Positions 8,355 to 16,753 of a stretch of 32,000 nt of DNA are shown here, one piece after another (position 1 is the stretch's first letter; each line of letters opens with the position of its first letter). Made by a program: the position numbers and the translations under genes. Below the pieces are notes generated by a model, which was given only the letters and a program-made list of their open reading frames with translations, ran no database searches and was not told the DNA's origin. This stretch comes from an uncultured Clostridia bacterium (lineage in GTDB: Bacteria; Bacillota; Clostridia; TANB77; CAG-508), in the NCBI GenBank assembly GCA_934162365.1, contig CAKPIK010000001.1, forward strand, positions 44,227 through 76,226, written 5' to 3'.

Positions 8355-8364
8355 ATTTTTCTCC

Positions 8365-9121
8365 TTATAATTTAATCTCAAGTTCTATTGGGCAGTGGTC
8401 ACTCCCCATAATTTCAGAATGAATTTTGCTATCTATTATTTGGTCCTTAATACTTTTTGATACTATAAAATAATCTATTCTCCAACCAATGTTTTTAGCT
8501 CTAGAATTTGCCATATAAGACCACCATGTATAAGCATTTTCTTTATCAGGATATAAGTATCTAAATGTATCAATAAAATTTTCTTTTAATAACTCTGTCA
8601 TTTTACTTCTCTCTTCATCTGTGAAGCCTGCATTTCCGTCTATTAGTTTTTGGATTTTTTAAATCAATTTCTTCATGTGCAACATTTAAATCTCCGCACA
8701 AAATAACAGGTTTTATTTTATTTAATTTATTTAAATATTCTCTAAAATCATCTTCCCAAACTTGTCTATATTGTAGTCTTTCAAGTTCTCTTTTAGAATT
8801 AGGAGTATAGCAATTCACCATATAAAACTCTTTAAATTCTAATGTTATTACTCTTCCTTCTTTATCATGTTCTTCAATTCCAATGCCATATTTTTCTGAT
8901 ATTGGCTTTTCTTTTGTTAAGATTAATGTGCCAGAATATCCTTTCTTTTCTGCACAATTCCAATATTCATAATAACCAGGAAAATCAAAGGTTGCTTGCT
9001 CCTTTTGCATTTTAGTTTCTTGCAAACAAAAAATATCTGCTTGTATTTTATTAAAGAAGTCTAAAAAGCCTTTATTGAGTACAGCTCTTAGACCATTTAC
9101 ATTCCATGAAACAATTTTCAT
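8365..9121 (-). pseudogene. xth: Exodeoxyribonuclease III (ExoA/Xth family) interrupted by a +1 frameshift
   Basis: Fragment 8615-9121 reads [13 protein letters not shown]...CLQETK...[26 protein letters not shown]. The +1 frame continues ...[17 protein letters not shown]...GSDHCPIELEIKL (the 8365-8601 ORF). The junction is within CGGAAA (8633-8638). Removing one nt restores KNPKTNR(R/G)NAGFTDEER. Confidence 0.8.
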
Positions 9122-9143
9122 TAGCTACCTCCAATATGTTTTT

Positions 9144-9172
9144 ATTATACTATACATTAATTATTTTAGCAA
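9144..9172 (-). promoter_or_regulatory. Candidate sigma-A promoter of xth / AI-2E transporter operon
   Basis: The minus strand reads TTGCTA-N17-TATAAT. It is followed by a GGAGG RBS and the ATG at 9121. Confidence 0.45.
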
Positions 9173-9190
9173 ATAAAAAACAAAAGGAAA

Positions 9191-9222
9191 TAAAGAAAAA
9201 TTCCTAGATAAACTAGGAATTT
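9191..9222 (-). terminator. Intrinsic terminator after the yabE-like gene
   Basis: AAATTCCTAG (9198-9207) pairs with CTAGGAATTT (9213-9222) around a 5-nt loop. On the minus strand the stem is followed by TTTTTCTTTATTT. Confidence 0.6.
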
Positions 9223-9229
9223 TAAATAT

Positions 9230-10252
9230 TTATTTTACATATATATAACATTCAACATTTTTTCTACCAAATTTTATACATTCATTATATGTATCCATAT
9301 ATATATCTAATTTGTTATTTGAGATTGCTCCACCTCTATCTTGAACTACAAACCATCCACCATTTGGTTTGTTTTTCATTGATGGTATATATATTACTGT
9401 TCCAATAGGATAACCTTTACCAGCAGCTACTGTATACCAAGATGTAGCTTTTGCACCTGATGCAGTTTTTCCATAGCCTTTACTTGCTGGGCTTTTTCCA
9501 CATGTAGACGCTGTATATGCTGATGTATTTAGAGTTTTTATAATTGGCGTTATTCCTTCAACTTTTTTAGCCAATGCATTACTATTTGCAGCAGCACTTG
9601 CTATTGATGTAGAAGCAGTTCTTGAATTTTCTTCTCCATCTCTTGAAGTTGTTTTTGTTACTTGTACTATTTTATTAACAGCTTTTTTTATAATTTCTTC
9701 TTTAACAACTGTTCTTGATATTTCTATATCATTTTGATATTTTACTTTATAAGTTACTTTTTTTAATCCATCTTTTCCTTGTTGTAAAACTTTATTTGTT
9801 CTATCTTCTGAACTTACTGAAGAAGCATTTTTAGTTATTGTTTCGTATGGAATTACTTCCTCTTTAGTCTCTATTTTTTCTATTATACTAGTATAATTTC
9901 CTAAAACTTGTTCTAAAGATACTGTATCACTGCTATTGGCAATTTCTACTGTTTCTCCTTCTTCTGAACCAGTTTTAGTTATTTTTATTGTTTTACTATC
10001 TCCCAATTGAGCATCTTTTGATGGAAATACTGTCTCATCTGATAAAACAACTATATGATTTTCTTCTAATATTTCTGATATTTTCTTTTTTGTAGTTATT
10101 ACATTCATTTCATAATTATTGGCCAAAACAATTTTTACAGAATCTACATCTGTATTAAAAGCTCTTACTGCTATACTACATGTAAACATTAATATTAAAG
10201 CAACTATTGTTATTTTTAATATTTGCAAAGAAGCTTTTTCATTACTTTTCAT
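9230..10252 (-). CDS. yabE: DUF348-G5-3D domain cell-wall protein (YabE / RpfB-like architecture)
   Basis: N-terminal TM anchor. DUF348-like segment VKIVLANNYEMNVITTKKKISEILEENHIVV. G5-like segment VIPYETITKNASSVSSEDRTNKVLQQGKDGLKKVTYKVKYQNDIEISRTVV. C-terminal 3D domain GTVIYIPS...WFVVQDRGGAISNNKLDIYMDTYNECIKFG. Confidence 0.75.
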   Translation of the reverse strand: MKSNEKASLQILKITIVALILMFTCSIAVRAFNTDVDSVKIVLANNYEMNVITTKKKISEILEENHIVVLSDETVFPSKDAQLGDSKTIKITKTGSEEGETVEIANSSDTVSLEQVLGNYTSIIEKIETKEEVIPYETITKNASSVSSEDRTNKVLQQGKDGLKKVTYKVKYQNDIEISRTVVKEEIIKKAVNKIVQVTKTTSRDGEENSRTASTSIASAAANSNALAKKVEGITPIIKTLNTSAYTASTCGKSPASKGYGKTASGAKATSWYTVAAGKGYPIGTVIYIPSMKNKPNGGWFVVQDRGGAISNNKLDIYMDTYNECIKFGRKNVECYIYVK

Positions 10253-10283
10253 ATGTTTTAACCTCCTATAAACTACAAGTGAA

Positions 10284-10312
10284 ATTATAACATTAATCTA
10301 AAAAAAAGTCAA
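10284..10312 (-). promoter_or_regulatory. Near-consensus sigma-A promoter of the yabE-like gene
   Basis: The minus strand reads TTGACT-N17-TATAAT. It lies about 30 nt upstream of the GGAGG RBS and the ATG at 10252. Confidence 0.5.
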
Positions 10313-10358
10313 TTTTTTATTGCATATTATATTATATTCTTTTGTACAAGTTTTATTA

Positions 10359-11234
10359 CTATTTTATATTTCTTAATGCTTCGATTCTATCCTCTATTGC
10401 TGGGTGAGTAGAAAACAAGCTTGTTTTCTTATCTCTAAATGGATTACATATATACATATTTTCTGTTGCTTTATTTGCAGTTTCAAGTTCATTTGGGTCA
10501 CTTGATATTTTTATTAAAGCTGATATTAATCCATCTGGATTTCTTGTAAACTGCACTGCCGTAGCATCTGCTAAGTATTCTCTTCTTCTAGAGACAGCAA
10601 GTTGCAATAATTTAGAAAATATAGGAGCAATTATTAAACATATTAAACCTATAAGCATTAATATTGAGTTTCCTTTATTATTATCACTGTCTCTATCTTT
10701 GTAAAAAAATGTTCTTGTAAACATATCAGATAGCATAACAATAAGCCCTACCATTACAGTAACAACTGCTGAAAGTCTAATGTCATAATTTGCTATGTGG
10801 CTTAACTCATGTGCTAAAACTCCTTCTAATTCATAATAATCTAATTTTTCTAATAATGAAGAAGTAACACAAATAACAGAGTGTTCTGGATCTCTTCCTG
10901 TTGCAAATGCATTTGGTTGGTTATCATCAACAACATATAATTTAGGTCTATATTCAAGTCCAGAACTAATCATTAATGCATCTAATATGTTATTTAATTT
11001 CTTAAACTCTTCTTCTGTTGCTGGTCTTGCTTTGCTAACAGATAAAATTATTTTATCGCAATTATGATACGAAAGATATGCAGACAATATAGAAAAAGCC
11101 AAAGCTATAATTATAGACATATATCCCAAATCAAAGGCATTGCATATATAATAAACTATTAGCGTAATTATAACTATAAAACCACTTACTATTAACCCAG
11201 TTTTCATTTTATTATTTTTTATATTTTCAATCAT
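10359..11234 (-). CDS. htpX: M48 family zinc metalloprotease, HtpX-like
   Basis: HELSHIANYD (HExxH) sits between TM segments, and a downstream E (REYLAD) is present. I placed the start at ATG 11232-11234 (MIENIKNN), preceded by AGAGGTG. The track start at 11270 lies inside the upstream hairpin. Confidence 0.8.
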   Translation of the reverse strand: MIENIKNNKMKTGLIVSGFIVIITLIVYYICNAFDLGYMSIIIALAFSILSAYLSYHNCDKIILSVSKARPATEEEFKKLNNILDALMISSGLEYRPKLYVVDDNQPNAFATGRDPEHSVICVTSSLLEKLDYYELEGVLAHELSHIANYDIRLSAVVTVMVGLIVMLSDMFTRTFFYKDRDSDNNKGNSILMLIGLICLIIAPIFSKLLQLAVSRRREYLADATAVQFTRNPDGLISALIKISSDPNELETANKATENMYICNPFRDKKTSLFSTHPAIEDRIEALRNIK

Positions 11235-11247
11235 TTTTTTCACCTCT

Positions 11248-11281
11248 AAAAAAGGAAAGAAATCAAACAATTTCTTTCCCC
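11248..11281 (-). terminator. Strong hairpin plus U6 between lemA and htpX
   Basis: The minus strand reads GGGGAAAGAAAT-TGTTTG-ATTTCTTTCC-TTTTTT (10-bp perfect stem). The htpX RBS follows immediately. Confidence 0.55.
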
Positions 11282-11293
11282 TTTATTGAATTT

Positions 11294-11845
11294 TTATTTA
11301 TTAAAATCAACTTTTACATTCTTTTTTGCTTCTTCACTTTCAGCTGCAAATAATGGTTCAGCTGTAAAATGGAACATATTAGCAATTATATTGCTAGGGA
11401 ACAATTCTAACTTAGTATTATACATTGTAACACTATCATTATAAAATTGTCTTGAGAATGATATTTTGTTTTCTGTATTACGTAGTTCTTCTTGTAAATC
11501 TAAAAAGTTTTGATTTGCTTTTAATTCTGGATAACTTTCAGAAACAGCCATAATAGTTTTTAAGGTACCAGACAATTGATTGTTTAATTCTGCTTTTTCA
11601 TCTACTGTTGTAGCATTTGCCCAAGAAGTTCTTAAAGCAGCTATTTTTTCAAAAGTTTCTTTTTCATGGTTCATATAGCCTTTTACTGTTTCTACAAAAT
11701 TTGGTATTAAATCAAATCTTCTTTGTAATTGTACATCTATTTGACTCCAAGCATTTTTAACTTTTTGTCTAGAAGCTACTAAACCATTGTATGTAGCAAT
11801 TATAAATAATACAACTACAATTAATATAGCTAATGCAATCCACAT
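11294..11845 (-). CDS. lemA: LemA family protein
   Basis: N-terminal TM helix, then [33 protein letters not shown], which is the typical LemA core. A GGAGGA RBS is present. Confidence 0.8.
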   Translation of the reverse strand: MWIALAILIVVVLFIIATYNGLVASRQKVKNAWSQIDVQLQRRFDLIPNFVETVKGYMNHEKETFEKIAALRTSWANATTVDEKAELNNQLSGTLKTIMAVSESYPELKANQNFLDLQEELRNTENKISFSRQFYNDSVTMYNTKLELFPSNIIANMFHFTAEPLFAAESEEAKKNVKVDFNK

Positions 11846-11912
11846 AATAATTCCTCCTTAAATAATTATGATATTCATATAATAACATATTTATGTTTTA
11901 TTTTCAATAATA

Positions 11913-12692
11913 TTAACATTTAATTTTTTCAAAAATTCTTTTTGTGTTATTAAAAGTAATATCTGCAATTTCTTCTAAAGTTTTATTTTTTACAATTGCA
12001 ATTTTTTCTGCAACATATTTTACATTCATTGAGTTATTTCTTGTACCTCTTACTGGTTCTGGTGCTAGATATGGGCTATCTGTTTCAATTAATAATCTAT
12101 CTTCTGGAATTAAGTTTATTATTTCTTCTGCATTTTTGGCATTTTTAAAAGTTATTACTCCAGATAATGAAATATAATAGCCAAGTTTTAATGCTTCTTT
12201 TACCAATTCTCTATTTAATGGACAACAGTGAAAAACGCCTCGTTTATTTACTGTATGTTCTTTTAGTATTTCTAATGTATCACTTACAGCATCTCTTGTA
12301 TGAATAACTATTGGTAGTTTAAGTTTGTTTGCTATTTCTATTTGTTCTATAAACATCCTTTTTTGTACTTCTTTATTTTCTTTACTCCAATAGTAATCAA
12401 GTCCAATTTCACCTATTGCAACAACCTTTTTATTTAATGCAAGCTGTTCAATAATATTAAGTTGTTCTTTTTCATCTTGTATTTCTTGCACATCATTTGG
12501 AGAAATCCCAACAGTAGCATATAATTCATCATACAAATCAGCTATATTTACTGCCTTTTTAGAACCTTCTATATTATATCCAGCCACTATAAAATTAGAA
12601 ACACCAGAATTTAGTGTTTCTTTTATAATTTCATCTCTATCATTATCAAATTTTTCATCATTGTAATGTGAATGTGAATCAAATAAATTCAT
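11913..12692 (-). CDS. tatD: TatD family metal-dependent hydrolase/DNase (YabD-like)
   Basis: Family motifs are present: FDSHSH, IGEIGLDYYW, PIVIHTRDA, LLIETDSPYLAP. Confidence 0.85.
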   Translation of the reverse strand: MNLFDSHSHYNDEKFDNDRDEIIKETLNSGVSNFIVAGYNIEGSKKAVNIADLYDELYATVGISPNDVQEIQDEKEQLNIIEQLALNKKVVAIGEIGLDYYWSKENKEVQKRMFIEQIEIANKLKLPIVIHTRDAVSDTLEILKEHTVNKRGVFHCCPLNRELVKEALKLGYYISLSGVITFKNAKNAEEIINLIPEDRLLIETDSPYLAPEPVRGTRNNSMNVKYVAEKIAIVKNKTLEEIADITFNNTKRIFEKIKC

Positions 12693-12705
12693 TTTTATAC
12701 CTCTT

Positions 12706-13083
12706 CTATTTGCAAATTAATACTACTGTTGCCACAGCATATTCCTTTGAATGAGATATACTTATATCTATATCTTCAATTTTTTCATTAATATTGGTAT
12801 TTATAAAATTTACTACTGGTTTTCCATCTTCTAAGTTAATTATTTCAGCATTTTGCCACGAAATTTCATATTTATCACTTAACAGTTTTGATACTGCTTT
12901 AAATATCGCCTCTTTTGCAGCAAATCTAGCTGCATAATGTTGATATTTAGCCTTTTTTTTGCTTTCGCAATATTCAATTTCTTTTTTTGTATAAATTTTA
13001 TTTATAAAATTTTCTCCCAAGTCTTCTATACTTTCTCTTATTCTATAAATTTCAATTATATCTGTTCCTGTTAATATCTTCAT
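12706..13083 (-). CDS. acpS: Holo-[acyl-carrier-protein] synthase
   Basis: 125 aa. Motifs GTDIIEIYRI and FAAKEAIFKA, with ISISHSKEYAVATVV at the C-terminus. Confidence 0.85.
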   Translation of the reverse strand: MKILTGTDIIEIYRIRESIEDLGENFINKIYTKKEIEYCESKKKAKYQHYAARFAAKEAIFKAVSKLLSDKYEISWQNAEIINLEDGKPVVNFINTNINEKIEDIDISISHSKEYAVATVVLICK

Positions 13084-13093
13084 TTTTCTATCC

Positions 13094-14323
13094 TTATTTA
13101 AAGAATAACCAACTTGCTAAATTTCCCATTCCAAGTGCTAAGCAAGCAAGCATTATCCAAATTAATATTCTATTTATCTTTTTATTTTTTTCAATATTTA
13201 ATTTCTTATAATAAATATCATATTTCTTTTTTACATCATTAAAAATTTCTTCTAAATTTAATTTTTCTTTACATCTTTTATATATTTTTTCTCCTAAAGA
13301 GTCAGTAGTTACCTCACTTATCCATATATTATTTGTAAAGTTTATGAATTTATCTATTGCCTCATTAGGATTTTTATTAAAATTATTACCTAATTTTTTT
13401 AAATAATATCTTTGGTGTAGAGCAATTATATAAGTGTAAAAATATTTACTCTCATACTCTTGATAAAATTTTGTGTAATTTTCTGTATCAGTTGATGAGC
13501 ATATTGCAGCCACACATTTGTTATTTATTCTTATTTTTCTAAAACTTGAATTTGCAATTACTGATAGTTTATCATAGTCAACATTTATATTAATATCACT
13601 TGGTTTTAATTCTGCAAGTTTAACAAACTCATTTTCTATACTTTCAAAATCATCATCTTTATTCCAATAATTAGAATCTATACATGCATATGTATAAATT
13701 AAGAATAAATCATCATCTATATCTAATTTTCGGCTTTCAATTTTTTGTCCTGTAATATCTGAAATAATTTCAGATATTTTACTCATATTGTTAAACATAC
13801 TTGTTTGAATTTTAATTGTATCTAATTTTCTAATATTCTTATTTTCAAGATTTATATTTTCAAACTTATAATTGAAATTTAAGATGTCAGAAAACTTATC
13901 TGTTTCTACCAAATGTGTTTTTATACTTAAAAAACATATACCAGTATTAAAGCAAATCAATTCAATTTTAGGAATGTTAAAAAATATTCCATCTTTTTCA
14001 TCAATTTTACCTTGCATTTGTTCTTCTAATACATATTCAAATATTAAGCAATTTTGCTTGCTTAATAAATTTACTTTTTGTCTCATGCTTAATTTGTTAA
14101 TACTATTTATTTTATCATTGCTAAAAGAAAAATCTTGAAACAATTTTTCTTTTATTGTTGGTACAAAATATTTATATAGTTCAACATCTTTAAATGCATC
14201 AAAGAACTTAATTTTGCATTTTTTACTTTTTATTAAATTAGTTACATATCTTTTGTATTCTCCTTCTTTAATCGCAAAAGGATAAATAAAATATGTGTAT
14301 TGATAATTTGTCTTAAGTTCCAT
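13094..14323 (-). CDS. Hypothetical protein, about 380-aa soluble domain with one C-terminal TM helix (tail-anchored); no family recognised
   Basis: GAGGGAG RBS. It is tightly packed with its neighbours (14 nt after the upstream stop, 10 nt before acpS). Coding-like composition. The C-terminus is RILIWIMLACLALGMGNLASWLFFK. Confidence 0.6.
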   Translation of the reverse strand: MELKTNYQYTYFIYPFAIKEGEYKRYVTNLIKSKKCKIKFFDAFKDVELYKYFVPTIKEKLFQDFSFSNDKINSINKLSMRQKVNLLSKQNCLIFEYVLEEQMQGKIDEKDGIFFNIPKIELICFNTGICFLSIKTHLVETDKFSDILNFNYKFENINLENKNIRKLDTIKIQTSMFNNMSKISEIISDITGQKIESRKLDIDDDLFLIYTYACIDSNYWNKDDDFESIENEFVKLAELKPSDININVDYDKLSVIANSSFRKIRINNKCVAAICSSTDTENYTKFYQEYESKYFYTYIIALHQRYYLKKLGNNFNKNPNEAIDKFINFTNNIWISEVTTDSLGEKIYKRCKEKLNLEEIFNDVKKKYDIYYKKLNIEKNKKINRILIWIMLACLALGMGNLASWLFFK

Positions 14324-14337
14324 TAAATCTCCCTCTA

Positions 14338-15831
14338 TTATTTATCTGTATAAAACATTAAATTAAGGTCTTCTCCTAAGTGATATTCTCCAATAAAATC
14401 TATTAATAAGTTTTCATCTAAATTATATTTAGGTTCGCAAATGATATTTCCTTTTTTATCTAAGCTTCCCCACAATCCATTTTTCTTAACTGCTATATAT
14501 CCAAAATTATTTTGACCTCTAGCATCATCATAAATATAATCAACTACAACTTTTCCATCTTTATCTACAAAACCATATTTACCATTTTGTTTGCTTAGGA
14601 ACAAGTTGTTTTGAGTTAAGATTTCACTTTCTTTTTTTTCATCACCATTTAGTTTATAATATTTATACCCTTCTTCTGTCCAAACCTTTATATATGATTT
14701 ATCATAATTTGTATCATTAACTATTCCTATTGCTATTTCTTTTAAGCTTTTATCTAATATAGTATTTAGATCCTCATTGTTTTCTAATTCATATATATTT
14801 ACATCTTCATAATAATTTATTTTAGCATATTTTGCTTCTAATTTTATTTCTCCATCTATATCTATGATTCCATAATTGTTATCTATTTTAGCAATAAACA
14901 TGTTGTCGCTTGTATATCTTAATTCTTTATATGCTTTGTTAATTTTCTTTTCTGCATTATAGTTGTAAGCTAAGAATTCATTTTTATATTTATATACAAT
15001 TATTCCATCTTTTATATCTTCAATGTTATCAAATTTTTCATTTAAAACTTGTTTTTCTTCTGCATTTATTACTTTATATTTTCCATTTTCTTTTACACAG
15101 AATGCATCTTTGTTGTCAATTATTTTAATGTCTTGGTATTTGCAATCTAATATCTCATTTACACCATATTTGCCATCTTTTTTTACTACATATGTTTTGC
15201 TGTTATCCCCAAGATATTTAATTTCTTCAAATTCATTATTTATTATCTTTTTTCCTGAATCATTTACTAATCCAAGTTGTTTATCCTTAACTGTTACTAT
15301 GCTATTCTTAGCTCCTTTTAAGGCATATATATCATCGTATTCTGCAGCTAAAATAACTTCTCCATTAAAATTAATTAAACCATATTTGCCATCTTTTTGA
15401 ATTAAAAGAACATTTTCTTCATACCACAAATTTTTATTTTCATCATAATTTTCTAAAGCTTTTATATTTTCAAAATCAGTTAAAATTTCTTTTCCTTTTG
15501 AATTTAATACTTTTGTTTTATATGTGTTATTATCATAGTCGACATCATAATTAATTATAAATACATCTTTTTTATTATCCGGAATTATAATTGTTTCATC
15601 ATATATTGGCTCAATTATAACTTTTGAGTTATTATCAATAACTCCCCATTTATCATCTTTATTTATTAAAAAATAACTTGCACTAACCAACTTACTTGAT
15701 GAAGAATCTGAATTAAGTAAATTTTTAATTGCAATTACAAACATCACAATAACTGCAATTGCAATAATAACTGCGATTACCTTTTTTATATTTAACTTTG
15801 GTTCATTATTATATCTTCTACCTCTACTCAT
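14338..15831 (-). CDS. Membrane-anchored WG (KWG-type) repeat protein
   Basis: Start at ATG 15829-15831. The TTG at 15843 used by the track is actually part of the GGAGGA RBS. N-terminal TM helix. At least 6 repeats of the form (D/N)GKYG(L/V/F)(I/V)(N/D)xxG.(V/I)...YD.I and NGLWGSLDKKG. Confidence 0.75.
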   Translation of the reverse strand: MSRGRRYNNEPKLNIKKVIAVIIAIAVIVMFVIAIKNLLNSDSSSSKLVSASYFLINKDDKWGVIDNNSKVIIEPIYDETIIIPDNKKDVFIINYDVDYDNNTYKTKVLNSKGKEILTDFENIKALENYDENKNLWYEENVLLIQKDGKYGLINFNGEVILAAEYDDIYALKGAKNSIVTVKDKQLGLVNDSGKKIINNEFEEIKYLGDNSKTYVVKKDGKYGVNEILDCKYQDIKIIDNKDAFCVKENGKYKVINAEEKQVLNEKFDNIEDIKDGIIVYKYKNEFLAYNYNAEKKINKAYKELRYTSDNMFIAKIDNNYGIIDIDGEIKLEAKYAKINYYEDVNIYELENNEDLNTILDKSLKEIAIGIVNDTNYDKSYIKVWTEEGYKYYKLNGDEKKESEILTQNNLFLSKQNGKYGFVDKDGKVVVDYIYDDARGQNNFGYIAVKKNGLWGSLDKKGNIICEPKYNLDENLLIDFIGEYHLGEDLNLMFYTDK

Positions 15832-15861
15832 AAATTCCTCCAAATATTTTATTCCATTAAT

Positions 15862-15890
15862 ACTATACCATACTTTACTAGAAATGTCGA
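15862..15890 (-). promoter_or_regulatory. Candidate promoter of the WG-repeat/orphan/acpS/tatD operon
   Basis: The minus strand reads TCGACA-N17-TATAGT with an extended -10 (TGgTATAGT). It lies about 30 nt upstream of the ATG at 15831. Confidence 0.45.
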
Positions 15891-15932
15891 TACATAATTT
15901 ATTTTATTGTCAATGCTTTTTTATTAATTATG

Positions 15933-15941
15933 TGATATAAT
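15933..15941 (+). promoter_or_regulatory. Extended -10 element (TGaTATAAT) upstream of the thioesterase gene
   Basis: TGATATAAT lies 34 nt upstream of ATG 15975 and is followed by an AGGAGGG RBS. I found no good -35. Confidence 0.3.
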
Positions 15942-15974
15942 ACGTTTTAGATTAATATTTTTCAGGAGGGTTAA

Positions 15975-16703
15975 ATGTCATTTTTTAATTATAAATATAA
16001 AATAAAATATTCAGATATTGGTATTACAAATAAATTAACTTTAAAAGCATTACTTGCTATTCTTCAAGAAGCTGCTACTGAACATTCTGATGCAGCTGGA
16101 TATAGTATTAATAATATAGAGCAAACACATTGTGCGTGGCTTGTTCTTAATTGGAAAGTTCAAATGTTTTTAGAACCACATTTAAATGAGATTTTAACAA
16201 TTAAAACATGGCCTAGAACTTTTGAGAAAATGTATTCATATAGGGATTTTGAAGTTTTGGATAGCAATAACAATTTAGTTGCTATTGCTAGTTCTAAATG
16301 GTTATTAATAGATGCAATAACTAAGAAAATTAAAAAAATGACTCCAGAAATTTCTGTTGCATATGGCGGAATTGAAGAAAAGCAGGTTTTTGATGTTCCT
16401 ATGCAAGAAAAAATTATTCCACCAGAAGATTCAAAGCTAAATTTAACTTACACTATTCAACGAAGAGATTTAGATACAAATAAGCATGTTAATAATTTGC
16501 ATTATTTAGAATTTGCATTTGAAACTTTACCAGAAGAAATTTATAATAATAGTAATTTTAAAAATTTAGAAATTTTCTATAAAAAAGAAATTAAATATAA
16601 AGAAAATATTAATTGCTATTATTCTTTTGAGAATAACAAAAATATTATAACTATAAAAAATAATGATAATTCTGTTTTACATGCGGTTATTGAATTATAT
16701 TAA
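15975..16703 (+). CDS. Acyl-ACP thioesterase family protein
   Basis: This is the only plus-strand gene. It has a strong RBS. Size and layout fit a double hot-dog fold: an N-terminal half with HCAWLVLNWKVQM and a C-terminal half with RRDLDTNKHVNNLHYLEF. Confidence 0.8.
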   Translation: MSFFNYKYKIKYSDIGITNKLTLKALLAILQEAATEHSDAAGYSINNIEQTHCAWLVLNWKVQMFLEPHLNEILTIKTWPRTFEKMYSYRDFEVLDSNNNLVAIASSKWLLIDAITKKIKKMTPEISVAYGGIEEKQVFDVPMQEKIIPPEDSKLNLTYTIQRRDLDTNKHVNNLHYLEFAFETLPEEIYNNSNFKNLEIFYKKEIKYKENINCYYSFENNKNIITIKNNDNSVLHAVIELY

Positions 16704-16717
16704 TTTTATCTATATAT

Positions 16718-16753
16718 AAAAAAAGAAATATATAAATATATATTTCTTTTTTA
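16718..16753. terminator. Bidirectional terminator between convergent thioesterase and spoIIE genes
   Basis: AGAAATATATA (16724-16734) pairs with TATATATTTCT (16737-16747). An A-run lies on one side and a T-run on the other. The stem is AT-rich, so it is weak. Confidence 0.5.

Noticed and set aside
8625-8645. Possibility that the xth frame change (and the cgs one at about 24891) is programmed ribosomal frameshifting.
   Set aside because: I see no slippery heptamer (X XXY YYZ) at either site and no downstream stimulatory structure. These families are not known to use recoding. Mutation or assembly indel is the simpler explanation.
10330-10350. TTGTACAA palindrome after htpX, considered as a terminator or operator.
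   Set aside because: It is only 8 bp and AT-rich, with no loop and no U-tract. Such palindromes are expected by chance in this composition.
13094-13170. GMGN in the C-terminal TM helix of the 409-aa orphan, reminiscent of the CorA GMN motif.
   Set aside because: The motif is not an exact GMN. The protein has a single terminal TM helix rather than the CorA TM1-loop-TM2 hairpin, and it ends 8 residues after the motif. This is insufficient for a CorA-family call.
15884-15891. TGTCGAT (Spo0A-box-like) in the divergent promoter region between the WG-repeat gene and the thioesterase gene.
   Set aside because: On the minus strand it reads TCGACA, exactly 17 nt upstream of an extended -10 (TGgTATAGT). 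It is more simply explained as the -35 hexamer of the WG-repeat operon promoter.
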